Below, in pieces: positions 25,101-36,993 of a DNA stretch of 64,000 nucleotides. The translations under genes were made by a program, and so were the position numbers. How positions within the stretch are numbered: position 1 is the stretch's first letter; the number at the start of each line of letters is the position of its first letter. A model generated the notes under the pieces. It had not been told where the DNA came from. It did not search any database and saw only the letters and a list, made by a program, of their open reading frames with translations. This stretch comes from Haliotis rubra (lineage: Eukaryota), in the NCBI RefSeq assembly GCF_003918875.1, contig NW_025766337.1:186001-250000 (forward strand). The letters are read 5' to 3'.

Positions 25101-28100
25101 ATATCACCCGCTCACGGCAATATCACCCGCTCACGGCAATATCACCCGCTCACGGCAATATCACCCGCTCACGACAATATCACCTGCTCACAGCAATATC
25201 ACCTGCTCACGGCAATATCACCTGCTCATGGCATATTTTTTTAGAAGGAAAGTACAAACTAATAACACATGTATCAGTGTAATTGTTTATTCAATCAAGC
25301 TTGCGACCATCATATTGACTTTCTCTATCAGAATGACCGATATCTGTCAGTGCAGGAAAAAAACAATGGTACGTGAAAGCTTATTTTATTTAGTCCACTT
25401 GAAAAAAAATAGTGTCGGTACCAGAATTCAAGGGTCGGTCGGGTAATGGGAGCCACAACATTTCTTTATAGGCCTTACCACTAGGCTACCCCACTGTCCC
25501 TTTCCATTAAATACCTGTCCATGATTGCTGATATGTGACGGCCATTAACTAGTTTAGTACAACTTATTATATAGTTATATCAAGACAGTGTATAGTCACC
25601 TGTAAAGCCATCATTGTCTATAAATATTATAACTAGAAGCAAAGAACAATTTGCAACTTCAAACATGAAAAATTTATATCAACAAGAAAAATTATCACAT
25701 AATAATGTGAAAACCGTCAATCTGAATTAAATTGCTCGACAAATCAATATTTCTTTAAAGATTATTATAAATCTCTATGTTAACACTAGGGAGTTACTGC
25801 TATTGTATGGCTCTGTGTTTAAGTACACAAGTTACCACAGTTAAAACAACAATATTGGTGTGTGCAATGGCGACCTGGTCTCTATCAGAGTCTATGAACT
25901 ACCCAGTTGTTATGGTTACCTGTAAGTCTACGACAGAGCCGTATAAACTCAATGTGTGTCTTGGATGACTTGGGGAAAGTGGCGAAGAGGGCACACATGG
26001 ACAGACAGTCGTCCACATCGCGCAGTGCATCCACAAACGTCGGGTATCTGAAACATGCACCGTATCAGCAACAGGAAACAATGGTAATGTTTTTTCAAAC
26101 CAAAACTGGCAGTATCATGCTTCTCATCATTTGGTGTGCCTTTTCAACAGTAATTCATAAACGTTTGGTGGACTGGTGTCTAAACTGTGCTCAACAACCC
26201 CACAAGGTCCTCAAACCTTACCCACACCCCTCAACACTAACACAACCTACAGCGACACAAGGACCTCGAACCTAACCCACACCCCTCAACACTAACACAA
26301 CCTACAGCGACACAAGGACCTCGATCCTAACCCACACCCCTCAACACTAACACAACCTACAGCGACACAAGGACCTCGATCCTAACCCACACCCCTCAAC
26401 ACTAACACAACCTACAGCGACACAAGGTCCTCGAATCTTACCCACACCCCTCAACACTAACACAACCTACAGCGACACAAGGACCTCGATCCTAACCCAC
26501 ACCCCTCAACACTAACACAACCTACAGCGACACAAGGTCCTCGAACTTTACCAACACCCCTCAACACTAACACAACCTACAGCGACACAAGGACCTCGAA
26601 CCTTACCCACACCCCTCAACACTAACACAACCTACAGCGACACAAGGACCTCGAACCTTACCCACACCCCTCAACACTAACACAACCTACAGCGACACAA
26701 TGACCTCGAACCTAACCCACACCCCTCAACACTAACACAACCTACAGCGACACAAGGACCTCGATCCTAACCCACACCCCTCAACACTAACACAACCTAC
26801 AGCGACACAAGGACCTCGATCCTAACCCACACCCCTCAACACTAACACAACCTACAGCGACACAAGGTCCTCGAACCTTACCCACACCCCTCAACACTAA
26901 CACAACCTACAGCGACACAAGGACCTCGATCCTAACCCACATCCCTCAACACTAACACAACCTACAGCGACACAAGGACCTCGAACCTTACCCACACCCC
27001 TCAACACTAACACAACCTACAGTGACATAAGGACCTCGAACCTTACCCACACCCCTCAACACTAACACAACCTACAGCGACACAAGGACCTCAAACCTAA
27101 CCCCACCCCTCAGCACTAACACAACCTACAGCGACACAAGGTCCTCGAGACCTTACCCACACCCCTCAACACTAACACAACCTACAGCGACACAAGGACC
27201 TCGAACCTTACCCACACCCCTCAACACTAACACAACCTACAGCGACACAAGGACCTCGAACCTTACCCACACCCCTCAACACTAACACAACCTACAGCGA
27301 CACAAGGACCTCGAACCTTACCCACACCTCTCAACACTAACACAACCTACAGCGACACAAGGTCCTCGAACCTTACCCACACCCCTCAACACTAACACAA
27401 CCTACAGCGACACAAGGACCTCGAACCTTACCCACACCCCTCAACACTAACACAACCTACAGCGACACAAGGACCTCGAACCTTACCCACACCCCTCAAC
27501 ACTAACACAACCTACAGCGACACAAGGACCTCGAACTTTACCCACACCCCTCAACACTAACACAACCTACAGCGACACAAGGACCTCGAACCTTACCCAC
27601 ACCCCTCAACACCAACACACTCTACAGCGACACAAGGACCTCGAACCTTACCCACACCCCTCAACACTTACACAACCTACAGTGACACAAGGTCCTCGAA
27701 AATTACCCACACCCCTCAACACTGACACAACCTACAGTGACACAAGGTCCTCGAACCTTACCCACATCCCTCAACACTAACACAACCTACAGCGACACAA
27801 GGTCCTCGAACCTTACCCACACCCCTCAACACTAACACAACCTACAGTGACACAAGGTCCTCGAACCTTACCCACACCCCTCAACACTAACACAACCTAC
27901 AGCGACACAAGGACCTCGAACCTTACCCACACCCCTCAACACTAACACAACCTACAGTGACACAAGGACCTCGAACCTAACCCACACCCCTCAACACTAA
28001 CACAGCCTACAGTGACACAAGGACCTCGAACCTTACCCACATCCCTCAACACTAACACAACCTACAGTGACACAAGGTCCTCGAGACCTTACCCACACCC

Positions 28101-31100
28101 CTCAACACTAACACAGCCTACAGTGACACAAGGTCCTCGAACCTTACCCACACCCCTCAACACTAACACAACCTACAGCGACACAAGGACCTCGAACCTT
28201 ACCCACACCCCTCAACACTAACACAACCTACAGTGACACAAGGACCTCGAACCTAACCCACACCCCTCAACACTAACACAACCTACAGTGACACAAGGAC
28301 CTCGAACCTTACCCACATCCCTCAACACTAACACAACCTACAGTGACACAAGGTCCTCGAACCTTACCCACACCCCTCAACACTAACACAACCTACAGTG
28401 ACACAAGGTCCTCGAACCTTACCCACACCCCTCAACACTAACACAACCTACAGCGACACAAGGTCCTCGAACCTTACCCACACCCCTCAACACTAACACA
28501 ACCTACAGCGACACAAGGACCTCGAACCTTACCCACACCCCTCAACACTAACACAACCTACAGCGACACAAGGACCTCGAATCTTACCCACACCCCTCAA
28601 CACAAACACAACCTACAGTGACACAAGACACATCATGCGTCAGACGGAAAGACCTGGAAAATGATGAAGCTGGATCTCAGTGGATGAAAATGATGCTCAC
28701 CAAATGCTCGAGGGAACCAGAAACAACAGATTTTTCCTGGCCTAACAAGTTGTGTTTTCATGTATAGTAGAGCATAACGCAACTGACCAAACTACCATTA
28801 CAGTGACATCGATGATGTTTTCACCTGAACTGTATTGGATAATACATACCTTTCTTTAACGACATGATCCAGTTTGTATTTTGGTCTGTTGGCTCGGATA
28901 CGACGAACAGCATTTGAATTTTTCTTTTCAATAGCTTTTTTCAATCTCTTCACAAAATGCTGTAAACGATATAAAGAGCATGAAGAGTATTTGTTGATTC
29001 TGTGACTTTGTAAGGATAAGATATATGAACAACTTCTTAAAGGTCACATGCAACGTAAAACACAACTTTGCAGATTCTGATACCTTTCGGTATGGACATA
29101 GCGAAACAAATCGTCAAAAATGCAAATTCAACTTATAAAGTTGAAAAATAACGCGATGAAAAAAAACGAGCGAAATCGGAGTTCAAACGTTTCACTAATT
29201 TTCCCCAGACATTTCTGGAGAAAACGGGTTTCAACAGCTGGGCTGCGCTCATAGCACGTGCGCAAGTAAATAAGTTCGCGTAGCTTGGAAGCGGGTTGTC
29301 GGGTGAATACTCGGTGAAGGCTTTGGTGTGAGCTAGTTTTCTAACTGACTGACTGAGTTTAGTTTGACGCCGCTTTTAGCAATATTCCAGCAATATCACG
29401 GCGGGGGACACCAGAAATGGGCTTAACACATTGTGCCCATGTGGGGAATCGAACCCGGGTCTTCGGCGTGACGAGCCAACGCTTTAACCACTAGGCTACC
29501 CCACCGCCCCAGCTAGTTTTCTAATGTTTTTGTTGATATCTCACAGGCGCGAGTTTTTTATATGTTATGACAGTAAATTTCTCAGTTCGATACTTAATTA
29601 TGTTTGATTTTTTGGCTGCATGTGACCTTTAATTAACAGTGACGAGCAACGTTTTGATGGACACCATTATCAAGCAAAGTGGAACGTCGTCTTTCTTCTC
29701 AAAACATGCTGGACAAAAGGTGAGGTGAAATTGGGTTTAACGTCGTGCTTGAGAATATTTCGCTCATATGACGACGTGCATGCGTGTGTATATGCGGCTG
29801 CTTGTACTAGCCCAGACTTAAACTGGTTTTATAGTACTTGCCCACTGAGATACCACGCCGCAGTGAAGCATGAATACCCCACTCAGACACATTATACTGA
29901 CTCCGGACCGAGCAGTCCTTGTTGTACCCATTAATGCCAAGCGCCAAGCATGGACCAACAAGTACCATATTTTAGCGTCTTTTGGTATGATGCAGTCGGG
30001 GTTTGAACCCGCGACCTTCCGCTCTCCGGGCGGATGCTCTAACCACTACACCACTGGGGCGGTCTGCTGGACAAAAGCCTTGTATTAATCTGTTGATAGT
30101 ATTAACACAAACTGTGGACAATCATAAGCCCCTTCAGTGAGTGAGTGAAGGTCAACAGTTTTTCAGAAATTTCACATCATGTCAGCTAATGCTGGAGGAG
30201 TTAGTGAGTGTGTGCTGTTTTACGCCGCTCTCATTTCAGCAATAATGCAGCAGGGGACACCATTAACAGGCTTCACACTTTGTACCCATGTGGTGATAGA
30301 AGCCAGACTCTCGGTGTGACAAGCCACAGCGTCAACCACCGTGCTTGTCACTAGGATTATCTGGATCTGCTGCTATTCAACACCAAGTCCCCAAAATCAT
30401 GTTTGGGTTTTGTTGTGTGTAACCTGTATTTTGCTGTTAACAGAACCAACATAATGTCAGAGGTTTTAATGTTTAGTTTTATGTAATGGCATTGAATACA
30501 AAACAAAGTATCTTTACAATACCAAATACCTGTATTTTACAATACGTAATACCTGTATTTTACAATACCAAATACCTGTATTTTATAATACCAAATACCT
30601 GTACTTTACAATACCAAATACCTGTATTTTACGATACCAAATACCTGTATTTTACAATACTGAATACCTGTATTTTACAATACTAAATTACCTGTATTTT
30701 ACAATACTAAATACCTGTATTTTACAATACTAAATACCTGTATTTTACAATACTAAATTACCTGTATTTTACAATACGAAATACCTGTATTTTACGATAC
30801 CAAATACCTGTATTTTACAATACCAAATACCTGTATTTTACAATACCAAATACGATACCAAATAACTGTATTTTACGACACCACATACCTGTATTTTACA
30901 ATACTAAATACCTGTATCTGTATTTTATAATACCAAATACCTGTATTTTACAATACCAAATACCTGTATTTTACGATACCAAATACCTGTATTTTACAAT
31001 ACTGAATACCTGTATTTTACAATACTAAATTACCTGTATTTTACAATACTAAATACCTGTATTTTACAATACTAAATACCTGTATTTTACAATACTAAAT

Positions 31101-34100
31101 TACCTGTATTTTACAATACGAAATACCTGTATTTTACGATACCAAATACCTGTATTTTACAATACCAAATACCTGTATTTTACAATACCAAATACGATAC
31201 CAAATACCTGTATTTTACGACACCACATACCTGTATTTTACAATACTAAATACCTGTATTTTACAATACTAAATTACCTGTATTTTACAATACCAAATAC
31301 CTGTATATTACATACCAAATACCTGTATTTTACAATACTAAATTACCTGTATTTTACGATACCAAATACCTGTATTTTACAATACCAAATACCTGTATTT
31401 TACGATACCAAATACCTGTATTTTACAATACCAAATACCTGTATTTTACAGTACCAAATTACCTGTATTTTACAATACCAAATACCTGTATCTTACGACA
31501 CCAAATACCTGTATTTTACAATACCAAATTAACTCTACTTTTTAATGCTGGTCTTATGACCCGCAGCTTCCTGGAGATGTGAACAAGGTAATCCCATGGA
31601 CGTCTTGGACTCAGAATGCTGCATGGTCCTTGTACAGATTACTACAGGACTTCAGGTGAAACTGAATGTGGTCTAACCTTGATTTGAAGTTTATTGCACT
31701 AGTACAGTGATGTAATGAACCTGTGGCTTGTGCTAGTCCAGACAAATTCTGAATGTAAATGCTAGCATCGAGATGCCAAATGGCTGTTTAACATGGAAAA
31801 TGCACAGAGAGAAAGTAAATTTACTTTGAGCCGAAGATGACTTTATCATGTTTATTCCCATAAAACAAGTCCCAAAACAACTGAGTGAGTGAGTGAGTTT
31901 AGTTTTACGCCACACTCAGCAATATTCCAGCCATATGGCGGTGGTCTGTTAATAATCGAGTCTGGACCAGACAATCCAGTGATCAACAGCATGGACATCG
32001 ACCTGCGCAATGGGAAACCGATGACATGTGTCAACCATGTCAGCAAGCCTGACCACCCAATCCCATTAGTCGCCTCTTACGACAAGCATGGGTTACTGAA
32101 GATCAATACTCTAACCCAGACATTCACAGGTGCCCAAAACAACTGGTACCACACTAAACCTCTGATGGTGTGAAGCAGCTCTATCTACTAGACCGATGAG
32201 GAGTGATTATTAGATGAAGCTTCATAAATGAACCAGTGTTGAACCAGGTAACTGTATTCTATCCTCACCTTCGTCTCCCGGAACTTGTTGATGATTGGTT
32301 CATGTGACAGGAACTGGATGTCTTTGACAAAGTAGAATGTTTTGGGTGCAGTGCTTCCTTTGTTGGCCCTCTTCTTGTGCTTAGGTTCATGGGGGTAGAT
32401 GCCCTTGAGGATACACAAGCGTCTGTGACAGAGATAAATATAAATTCTGATCAGCAGGGGTTACCACGGTTACTCAACTTATTGGGTATTGTAGAGCTGA
32501 CACGGTTACTTACAACTAGAACTGAACCAGTTTTATCACTCACATATACGCTGTTGTATCACGTGGTTCTCTCAGTTACTGCACACACTGACTCGACTCA
32601 CTAATTACATGGACATGTATACCAATACTGAACTAAGATTAAATTGTCTTTGTGACAATACACATCCAGCGTTCAAAATTAACGTCGGTCCTTAGGCCCA
32701 AAGCCAACTGAAAAACACTTGGACATTTATTTTCTGAAGGTCCTCATGGCTGACAGCTTTTTCATCCCCTATAACTAACAGTGGTGGAAATGACTTTAAA
32801 ATTGCTAGTGTACTCCGGAACAGTGGCACATGTAAACTCACTTGCCCTGATAATTTTTCCACTATACCGGCCGTTTTCTTGTTGATTTTTTAAAATAAAC
32901 AACATTAAATATTAACATTGGAAAGTCAACTGGACACCGATACAGCGTGATATACAAATTTGCTTGCCCGACAGAAAGAAACACTGGACTCGGACATAAG
33001 GCAATGGGTTATTTCCACCCCTGAACTAAGAGTATTATTTTTCAGAAACTATCATTCAGTAAATTCTAGTTTTTATCTCAATCAGCAGCTGTTGTCTGCA
33101 AGTGAAAAGACTATCACTTTCAAGGAAGCAATTTACATTACAGACTTTTCAGAAGACTTGGATCTTGACACGGATGTTGATTTTGTTGTAAATGAAGACA
33201 AGTCAGTCACTAGAGTTAAATCAAACCCTTTAACTTAGTCTGTTAGTCGTCACAGATTTTGATTGTTAGGAATTACTTATATTGTAGCTAAAATATAGGG
33301 CCCACATATTCTGATCAGGACCCACAAATAAGAAAATTTCTTCGGGTTTTTAATGAAACACCTGACACAAACACATTTCTTGTATGACCATGATGACTGG
33401 ATTTACGCCACTTTTAGAATATCACGATGGGGGACACCATAAATGGGCTTCACACATTGTGACCATTCTTGCATGAACTTTAACATTGCCACAAATGGTT
33501 ACAATTAGTGCCAAGCCTGACAAATACGAGTTGCTCAAAACTCACTGGGCAAAAGATGATGTATGGTGCTAATTTATTCTTTGAAAAAGGTGTAGTTTGT
33601 TTATATCATGATAAAAGGGAACAGTAAAACAGAGTGAAGACTCTAATTAACGAACATTCTACCATTTGCACTTACTTTGTACATAAATTTTAGGGGAGGG
33701 TCATTCTCATTGTACATTCTTCCCCATAGAAATGATCATCTACCCCCCCTAGCCATAAATTATGAAAGGTCCCTTATCATGCTTATAAACTGATATGTAC
33801 TCTAATTGTAGCAAGTCATCTGTCTGATCACACCCTGCTACAAGCACAATGTGTGATCATGGTGATAGGATTCCTGCCACAGACTCTCATGATCAAAGAA
33901 GCTGATACAGTTATGGAACTGATGAGGTGATGATGTCATCTGTGGGATGGCATTACACCCTTTCACAAACATAGGTTTCGGCTTACTAGGTAAGGAAGAC
34001 ATCTATGTGTAATACCATCTCCAGTGACAGTATTCCACAAATTGGCACCTTTTCCTATCTCACTTCTCAGGCATGAAGAATATCTGCAGTGTAGGAAAGA

Positions 34101-34706
34101 TAGGCTAGATTTTAGCAGGACTGGTAAAAAATTTGACCTGCCAGTCCTATGGACAGGCTAGATTTTCTACATCTTTCCTACACTGATATCTGGAGAGCTT
34201 AGAACGGTAAACTGCATTATAACCGAGATCTTTTTTCACCTGAAATCTGGGAGGCTGAGCTGTAACTTCTTGATGGCCTTGTTCCTAGACATGTAGGCAG
34301 TGGCCGTTCCGCTTTCATACTGAAATCAACGAGAATTCCACATGCAATATTGACACGATACTGTAGACAGTGTAGAGAGGAACAGCAGCAGTGGAAGGTA
34401 ACGTGTATGTGTTTTGCCTTTATAACATTCTCCACAGCTGGGATGTTTTAGTGAATAAACAAAATCACATCAAAAACTCAAAATAATGATCATATATATG
34501 TATCTATGGGAAATAAAACGGAAAACGGGCCCCCGAAAACCGTACGACGATTATTGCGGAGGAGCTGTGGCAATGTAATGTTCGGAAGTTGTCACTGAAT
34601 CTATTTCTATAGGCGGCTTTATGATAAAAGAATGATGTGCTGGTAAGTGTATCATCGCGTGATAAGTGTTAGAGATAATACATACCTTTCTCTTTCGGAT
34701 AACCAT
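13085..34706 (-). CDS. PES1: Pescadillo homolog (PeBoW complex, 60S biogenesis, BRCT domain); 17 coding exons, 1878 nt, 625 aa
   Basis: Motifs [64 protein letters not shown], acidic tract, basic tail; all introns GT-AG with phases summing in frame. Confidence 0.97.
13255..14160. repeat. 88-bp tandem repeat with ~29-bp subunits filling the last PES1 intron
   Basis: Unit cggaccccacctacagcctcctgacacagacttgtcccatagtctcccatcaatacatggacacgtcctacagcctcatgtccctaca. Confidence 0.93.
14166..14336 (-). CDS. PES1: PES1 exon 16
   Basis: [10 protein letters not shown]...[31 protein letters not shown]. Confidence 0.93.
14601..14647 (-). CDS. PES1: PES1 exon 15
   Basis: ttgcag|[16 protein letters not shown]|gtgggt; restores phase 0. 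Confidence 0.8.
14660..14820 (-). mobile_element. Two adjacent partial SINE-A copies
   Basis: ttacgccacttttagaaatattccagcaatatc...ggggaatcgaacc. Confidence 0.75.
15215..15457 (-). mobile_element. SINE family B
   Basis: Full body ending ...ttctaacccgatcttcacaggt. Confidence 0.85.
15675..15884 (-). CDS. PES1: PES1 exon 14 (Asp/Glu-rich tract)
   Basis: gcccag|[11 protein letters not shown]...SDEE|gtgagg; 210 nt, phase 1 to phase 1. Confidence 0.88.
15930..16218 (-). mobile_element. SINE family B with expanded (gact)n tail
   Basis: ~22 gact units followed by the SINE-B body. Confidence 0.85.
16290..16474 (-). CDS. PES1: PES1 exon 13 (BRCT end)
   Basis: [49 protein letters not shown]. Confidence 0.96.
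16826..17604 (+). mobile_element. Non-autonomous Helentron/HINE-like element inserted in the 69-bp array
   Basis: aacaag start, palindrome gtgagcacagctcac, ataccccc near both ends, internal ~170-bp repeats, (ggac)n tract, 3' hairpin cccccgttacttcgtagcgggg; the array resumes in register on both sides. Confidence 0.75.
17964..18776. mobile_element. Tc1/mariner-type non-autonomous DNA transposon inserted in the 69-bp array
   Basis: TIRs ctgtaaacgtattatatttcgcg / cgcgaaaataagtacgtttacag; TA duplication at 17962-63 and 18777-78. Confidence 0.88.
19238..19406 (-). mobile_element. SINE family A
   Basis: Full tRNA head, body and (ctga)n tail. Confidence 0.88.
19450..19575 (-). CDS. PES1: PES1 exon 12 (BRCT)
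   Basis: CFGGEVSW...[19 protein letters not shown]...YLSR. Confidence 0.96.
19838..20137. other. Assembly gap (300 N) in PES1 intron 11
   Basis: Run of N; the PES1 frame closes across it without a missing exon. Confidence 1.
20375..20508 (-). CDS. PES1: PES1 exon 11 (BRCT start)
   Basis: ...[23 protein letters not shown]. Confidence 0.96.
20517..20680 (-). mobile_element. SINE family A abutting the PES1 exon-11 acceptor
   Basis: Minus strand ...actcactcactcactgttccag|TCT. Confidence 0.8.
21095..21181 (-). CDS. PES1: PES1 exon 10
   Basis: [29 protein letters not shown]|gtgagt. Confidence 0.9.
21205..22217. repeat. 20/22-bp minisatellite directly upstream of PES1 exon 10
   Basis: Unit acactgaagacaaacatcag(ac); minus strand ctgatgtttgtcttcag. 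Confidence 0.95.
22722..22808 (-). CDS. PES1: PES1 exon 9
   Basis: ttccag|[29 protein letters not shown]|gtgagg. Confidence 0.88.
23201..23320 (-). CDS. PES1: PES1 exon 8
   Basis: [30 protein letters not shown]...YPPE. Confidence 0.96.
23365..23775 (+). mobile_element. Helentron/HINE-like non-autonomous element
   Basis: aacaag start, internal duplication gacattcatgtcctgaaaacacatacca, ggac/ggaa tract, 3' tatatccc...gggggtaataa. Confidence 0.6.
24186..24275 (-). CDS. PES1: PES1 exon 7
   Basis: [30 protein letters not shown]. Confidence 0.96.
24678..24721 (-). CDS. PES1: PES1 exon 6
   Basis: [15 protein letters not shown]. Confidence 0.93.
24791..25232. repeat. 19-bp minisatellite continuing from a SINE-A 3' fragment (24750-24790)
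   Basis: Unit cacctgctcacggcaatat. Confidence 0.93.
25920..26047 (-). CDS. PES1: PES1 exon 5
   Basis: [25 protein letters not shown]...LCRRLT. Confidence 0.96.
26200..28627. repeat. 55-bp minisatellite (~44 copies) in PES1 intron 4
   Basis: Unit cccacacccctcaacactaacacaacctacagcgacacaaggacctcgaacctta. Confidence 0.96.
28850..28959 (-). CDS. PES1: PES1 exon 4
   Basis: [13 protein letters not shown]...[13 protein letters not shown]. Confidence 0.95.
29041..29628. mobile_element. Non-autonomous DNA transposon with TTAA TSD (Kolobok-like)
   Basis: ttaa|aggtcacatgca ... tgcatgtgacct|ttaa. Confidence 0.8.
29345..29510 (-). mobile_element. Young full-length SINE-A nested in the Kolobok-like element
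   Basis: 14-bp TSD agctagttttctaa (29331, 29511); intact A/B boxes; head resembles tRNA-Asp. Confidence 0.93.
29720..30064 (-). mobile_element. tRNA-derived SINE family C (Meta/MESC-like central domain)
   Basis: Head gtggtgtagtggttagagc...gggttcaaaccc; central tcagtataatgtgtctgagtggggt; family label from memory. Confidence 0.7.
30505..31530. repeat. 23-bp AT-rich minisatellite in PES1 intron 3
   Basis: Unit aaatacctgtattttacaatacc. Confidence 0.95.
31884..32132 (-). mobile_element. Full-length SINE family B
   Basis: 13-bp TSD cccaaaacaactg (31871, 32133). Confidence 0.9.
32269..32422 (-). CDS. PES1: PES1 exon 3
   Basis: [23 protein letters not shown]...NKFRETK. Confidence 0.97.
34087..34185. 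mobile_element. 99-bp MITE
   Basis: Perfect 15-bp TIR cagtgtaggaaagat / atctttcctacactg; flanking direct repeat atatctg. Confidence 0.8.
34240..34319 (-). CDS. PES1: PES1 exon 2
   Basis: [27 protein letters not shown]. Confidence 0.95.
34686..34706 (-). CDS. PES1: PES1 exon 1
   Basis: gaaaATG MVIRKRK|gtatgt. Confidence 0.8.
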
Positions 34707-34900
34707 TTTCTGTGTGCAATAATCTCACGAATTTGTCAAAACACAAGCACGTGGATTCTTCGAGTAAAGGGACGTTATTTACTTCCGGTAGAAGTCACGG
34801 CATTTCTAAACTGGGCTCCGTCTAATTTCATACCACTTGCGCACGATAGCAAGGCACACTGGGAACCGGTATTTGTGTAGACTGTACTGAAATAGCAAAT
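34707..34900 (-). promoter_or_regulatory. PES1 5' UTR / TATA-less promoter with ETS-type CCGGAAGT site
   Basis: acttccgg at 34781-34788, ~75 bp upstream of the ATG; relatively CpG-rich. Confidence 0.45.
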
Positions 34901-35499
34901 ACACGAGAGAGAGCCCAGAATATTTGAATTTCAAACCGACCATGTTCGTGAAAAACGCTTGCACGAAATTTGCGTGTTTGCACAAACTTCATAACAAGTT
35001 GTGAATGGAATACTCATAAGAATTTTTCTTTGGCCGTTTAACTATGACAGACCCAGAAAATACAGGTCTTTTGTGCGAAGGCTACTGCGGATATTTTGGA
35101 TGGTAATTCCAAAGTATTCGGTCTTACATTAGGCGTTTTATCACTAATTACGAGAACTTCAAAAGGTAGTAAAAGCGTATATGAAACCAGTTACAGTCAG
35201 ATATGGAAAAAACATGTTTGGAGTAGGCATTTTTATCAGTCACGAATTTTCAGAATATTTGTTTTTGCTGTTTTATGTAGATGATTCGGATTCCAACTGA
35301 AACAGTTTTGGTTATATATAGGACGTCGAAGGTGCGGGTGATGAGAATGCATGTTTGTTTGATTATGCATTGCGAATGAGTGATGGTAATATCAGGGTTT
35401 TACCTTGCCTTACAATGGTGGGGGTCAAGGGGGGCCCTTCATACATTTTACAGGTCCTTGGTGGTAATATGTGGGACGTGTATTGTTCAAAACGGTAGT

Positions 35500-35950
35500 G
35501 GTTGGTTGTTGTTTAACGCCGCACTCAGCAGTATTCCAGGTATATGGCGGCGATCTGTAAATAATCGAGTCCGGACCAGACAATCCAGTGATCAACAGCA
35601 TTAGCATCGCAATTGTTGTGTGAGTGAGTTTAGTTTTACGCCGCTTTTAGTAATATTCCAGCAATATCACGGCGGGGGACACCAGAATGTGGGGAATCGA
35701 ACCAGGGTCGTTGTAAACGCTAGGCTAACCCCCCCCCCCCCCCCCAACACGTGTTGAACCTCTTATGCTGTTGTTTTAGTACATGGGCCTTCTCTCCTCA
35801 TCGGGTAGTGGCTTAGTGGCTAAGCGTTCGCTTGTAACGCAGACGACCCGGGTTCGATTCCGCACATGGATACAATATGTGGCGCACATTTCCCTGCCGC
35901 AATATTGTTGGAACATTGCTAAAAGCGGTGTAAAACTATACTCAGTCACT
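35500..35950. mobile_element. Cluster of SINEs (partial B minus, A minus, A plus)
   Basis: Family-diagnostic bodies and tails. Confidence 0.8.
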
Positions 35951-36004
35951 GTTTAAATTCTTCAAAGGCGTTTAGAAGTTGGTGTAGTAATACAGGACAA
36001 ATCT

Positions 36005-36076
36005 TATGGATAACAACTTCTTGATGTATATTTCACAACGTTTCTGAGCTAGTTCTTGCCCCCCTTCTTCAGGTCT
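36005..36076 (-). ncRNA. Penelope-type terminal repeat with minimal hammerhead-like motif (degenerate)
   Basis: Minus strand ac-CTGAAGA-aggggggcaagaactagctca-GAAAC-GTT-gt ... gaagttgttatccataa. Confidence 0.55.
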
Positions 36077-36540
36077 ATAATGGTGATAGTGAACAGTACA
36101 GTATATATATAGATGTACATGAAGCCAGATATGTAAACTGAGTATATAAAAGGGAAAAAGGAGGTATAATTAAGTATTTACAAACAATGCAGTGAGTCAC
36201 CATTTAGTCTGTAGACAAGCACAGGTTACTGTCGAGCATACTCACTCTGACTGAGACCGATACAAGCCTTGACTCATGTTTAGAGCCAGTGTATAAACAT
36301 GGCGTGGTGAGCTTCAGGATTCGAGACTTGACAGTGTGTGTGGCGTACGTTGCTAGGACGTTCACGTTGTTCATGACAACGCGTTGGGTGGATTCCGGGT
36401 CCCTCAAACCGCCGACGGAGGCGACACTGTGAGTAGCGTGGTCAGAGTCGGTGACATGGTTGACATCGTGCCGATAGCTCATACTATCAAGTAATGTCAA
36501 GTTTGGTCCCGTAATATAAATGTCACAGGCATATTAGCAT

Positions 36541-36715
36541 TCGTGGCCATACTGGACGCCAGATTCGAACCCCCTGAGCCCATCGGTGTGTTGTCATTTG
36601 TGGCCACACTGGACGGCAGATTCGAACCCCCTGAACCCATCGGTGTGTTGTCATTGGTGGCCACACTGGACGCCAGATTCGAACCCCCTGAACCCATCGG
36701 TGTGTTGTCATTTGT
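36541..36715. repeat. 57-bp tandem repeat x3
   Basis: gtggccacactggacgccagattcgaaccccctgaacccatcggtgtgttgtcattt. Confidence 0.9.
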
Positions 36716-36834
36716 GGAGACAAATTGTTGACAACGGATAACGAAATGACCAATGAACGTCAAGAACTGATCGTCATTTAGTCATTTTGGGCAAATAAGT
36801 TGATGCGAAGTTCAAGCAATGTGAAGGAGTGTCA

Positions 36835-36993
36835 GTGAGTTTGGTTTTACGCCGCTTTTGGCAATATTCCAGCAATATCACGGTGGGGGACACCAGAAAT
36901 GAGCTTTGCACATTGTACCCATGTGGGGAATCGAACTCGGGTCTTTGGCGTGACGAGCAAACGCTTTAACCACTGGGCTACCCCAACGCCCCA
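36835..36993 (-). mobile_element. SINE family A
   Basis: Full body; flanking repeat caatgtgaagga. Confidence 0.9.

Noticed and set aside
26200-28627. CRISPR-like array or Pol III B-box array
   Set aside because: No unique spacers and a eukaryotic context; ggttcgaggtcc has the wrong B-box spacing and no A-box.
30505-31530. cag|gtattt motif in the 23-bp repeat as recursive splice sites
   Set aside because: No polypyrimidine tract before the AG and no relationship to a neighbouring exon.
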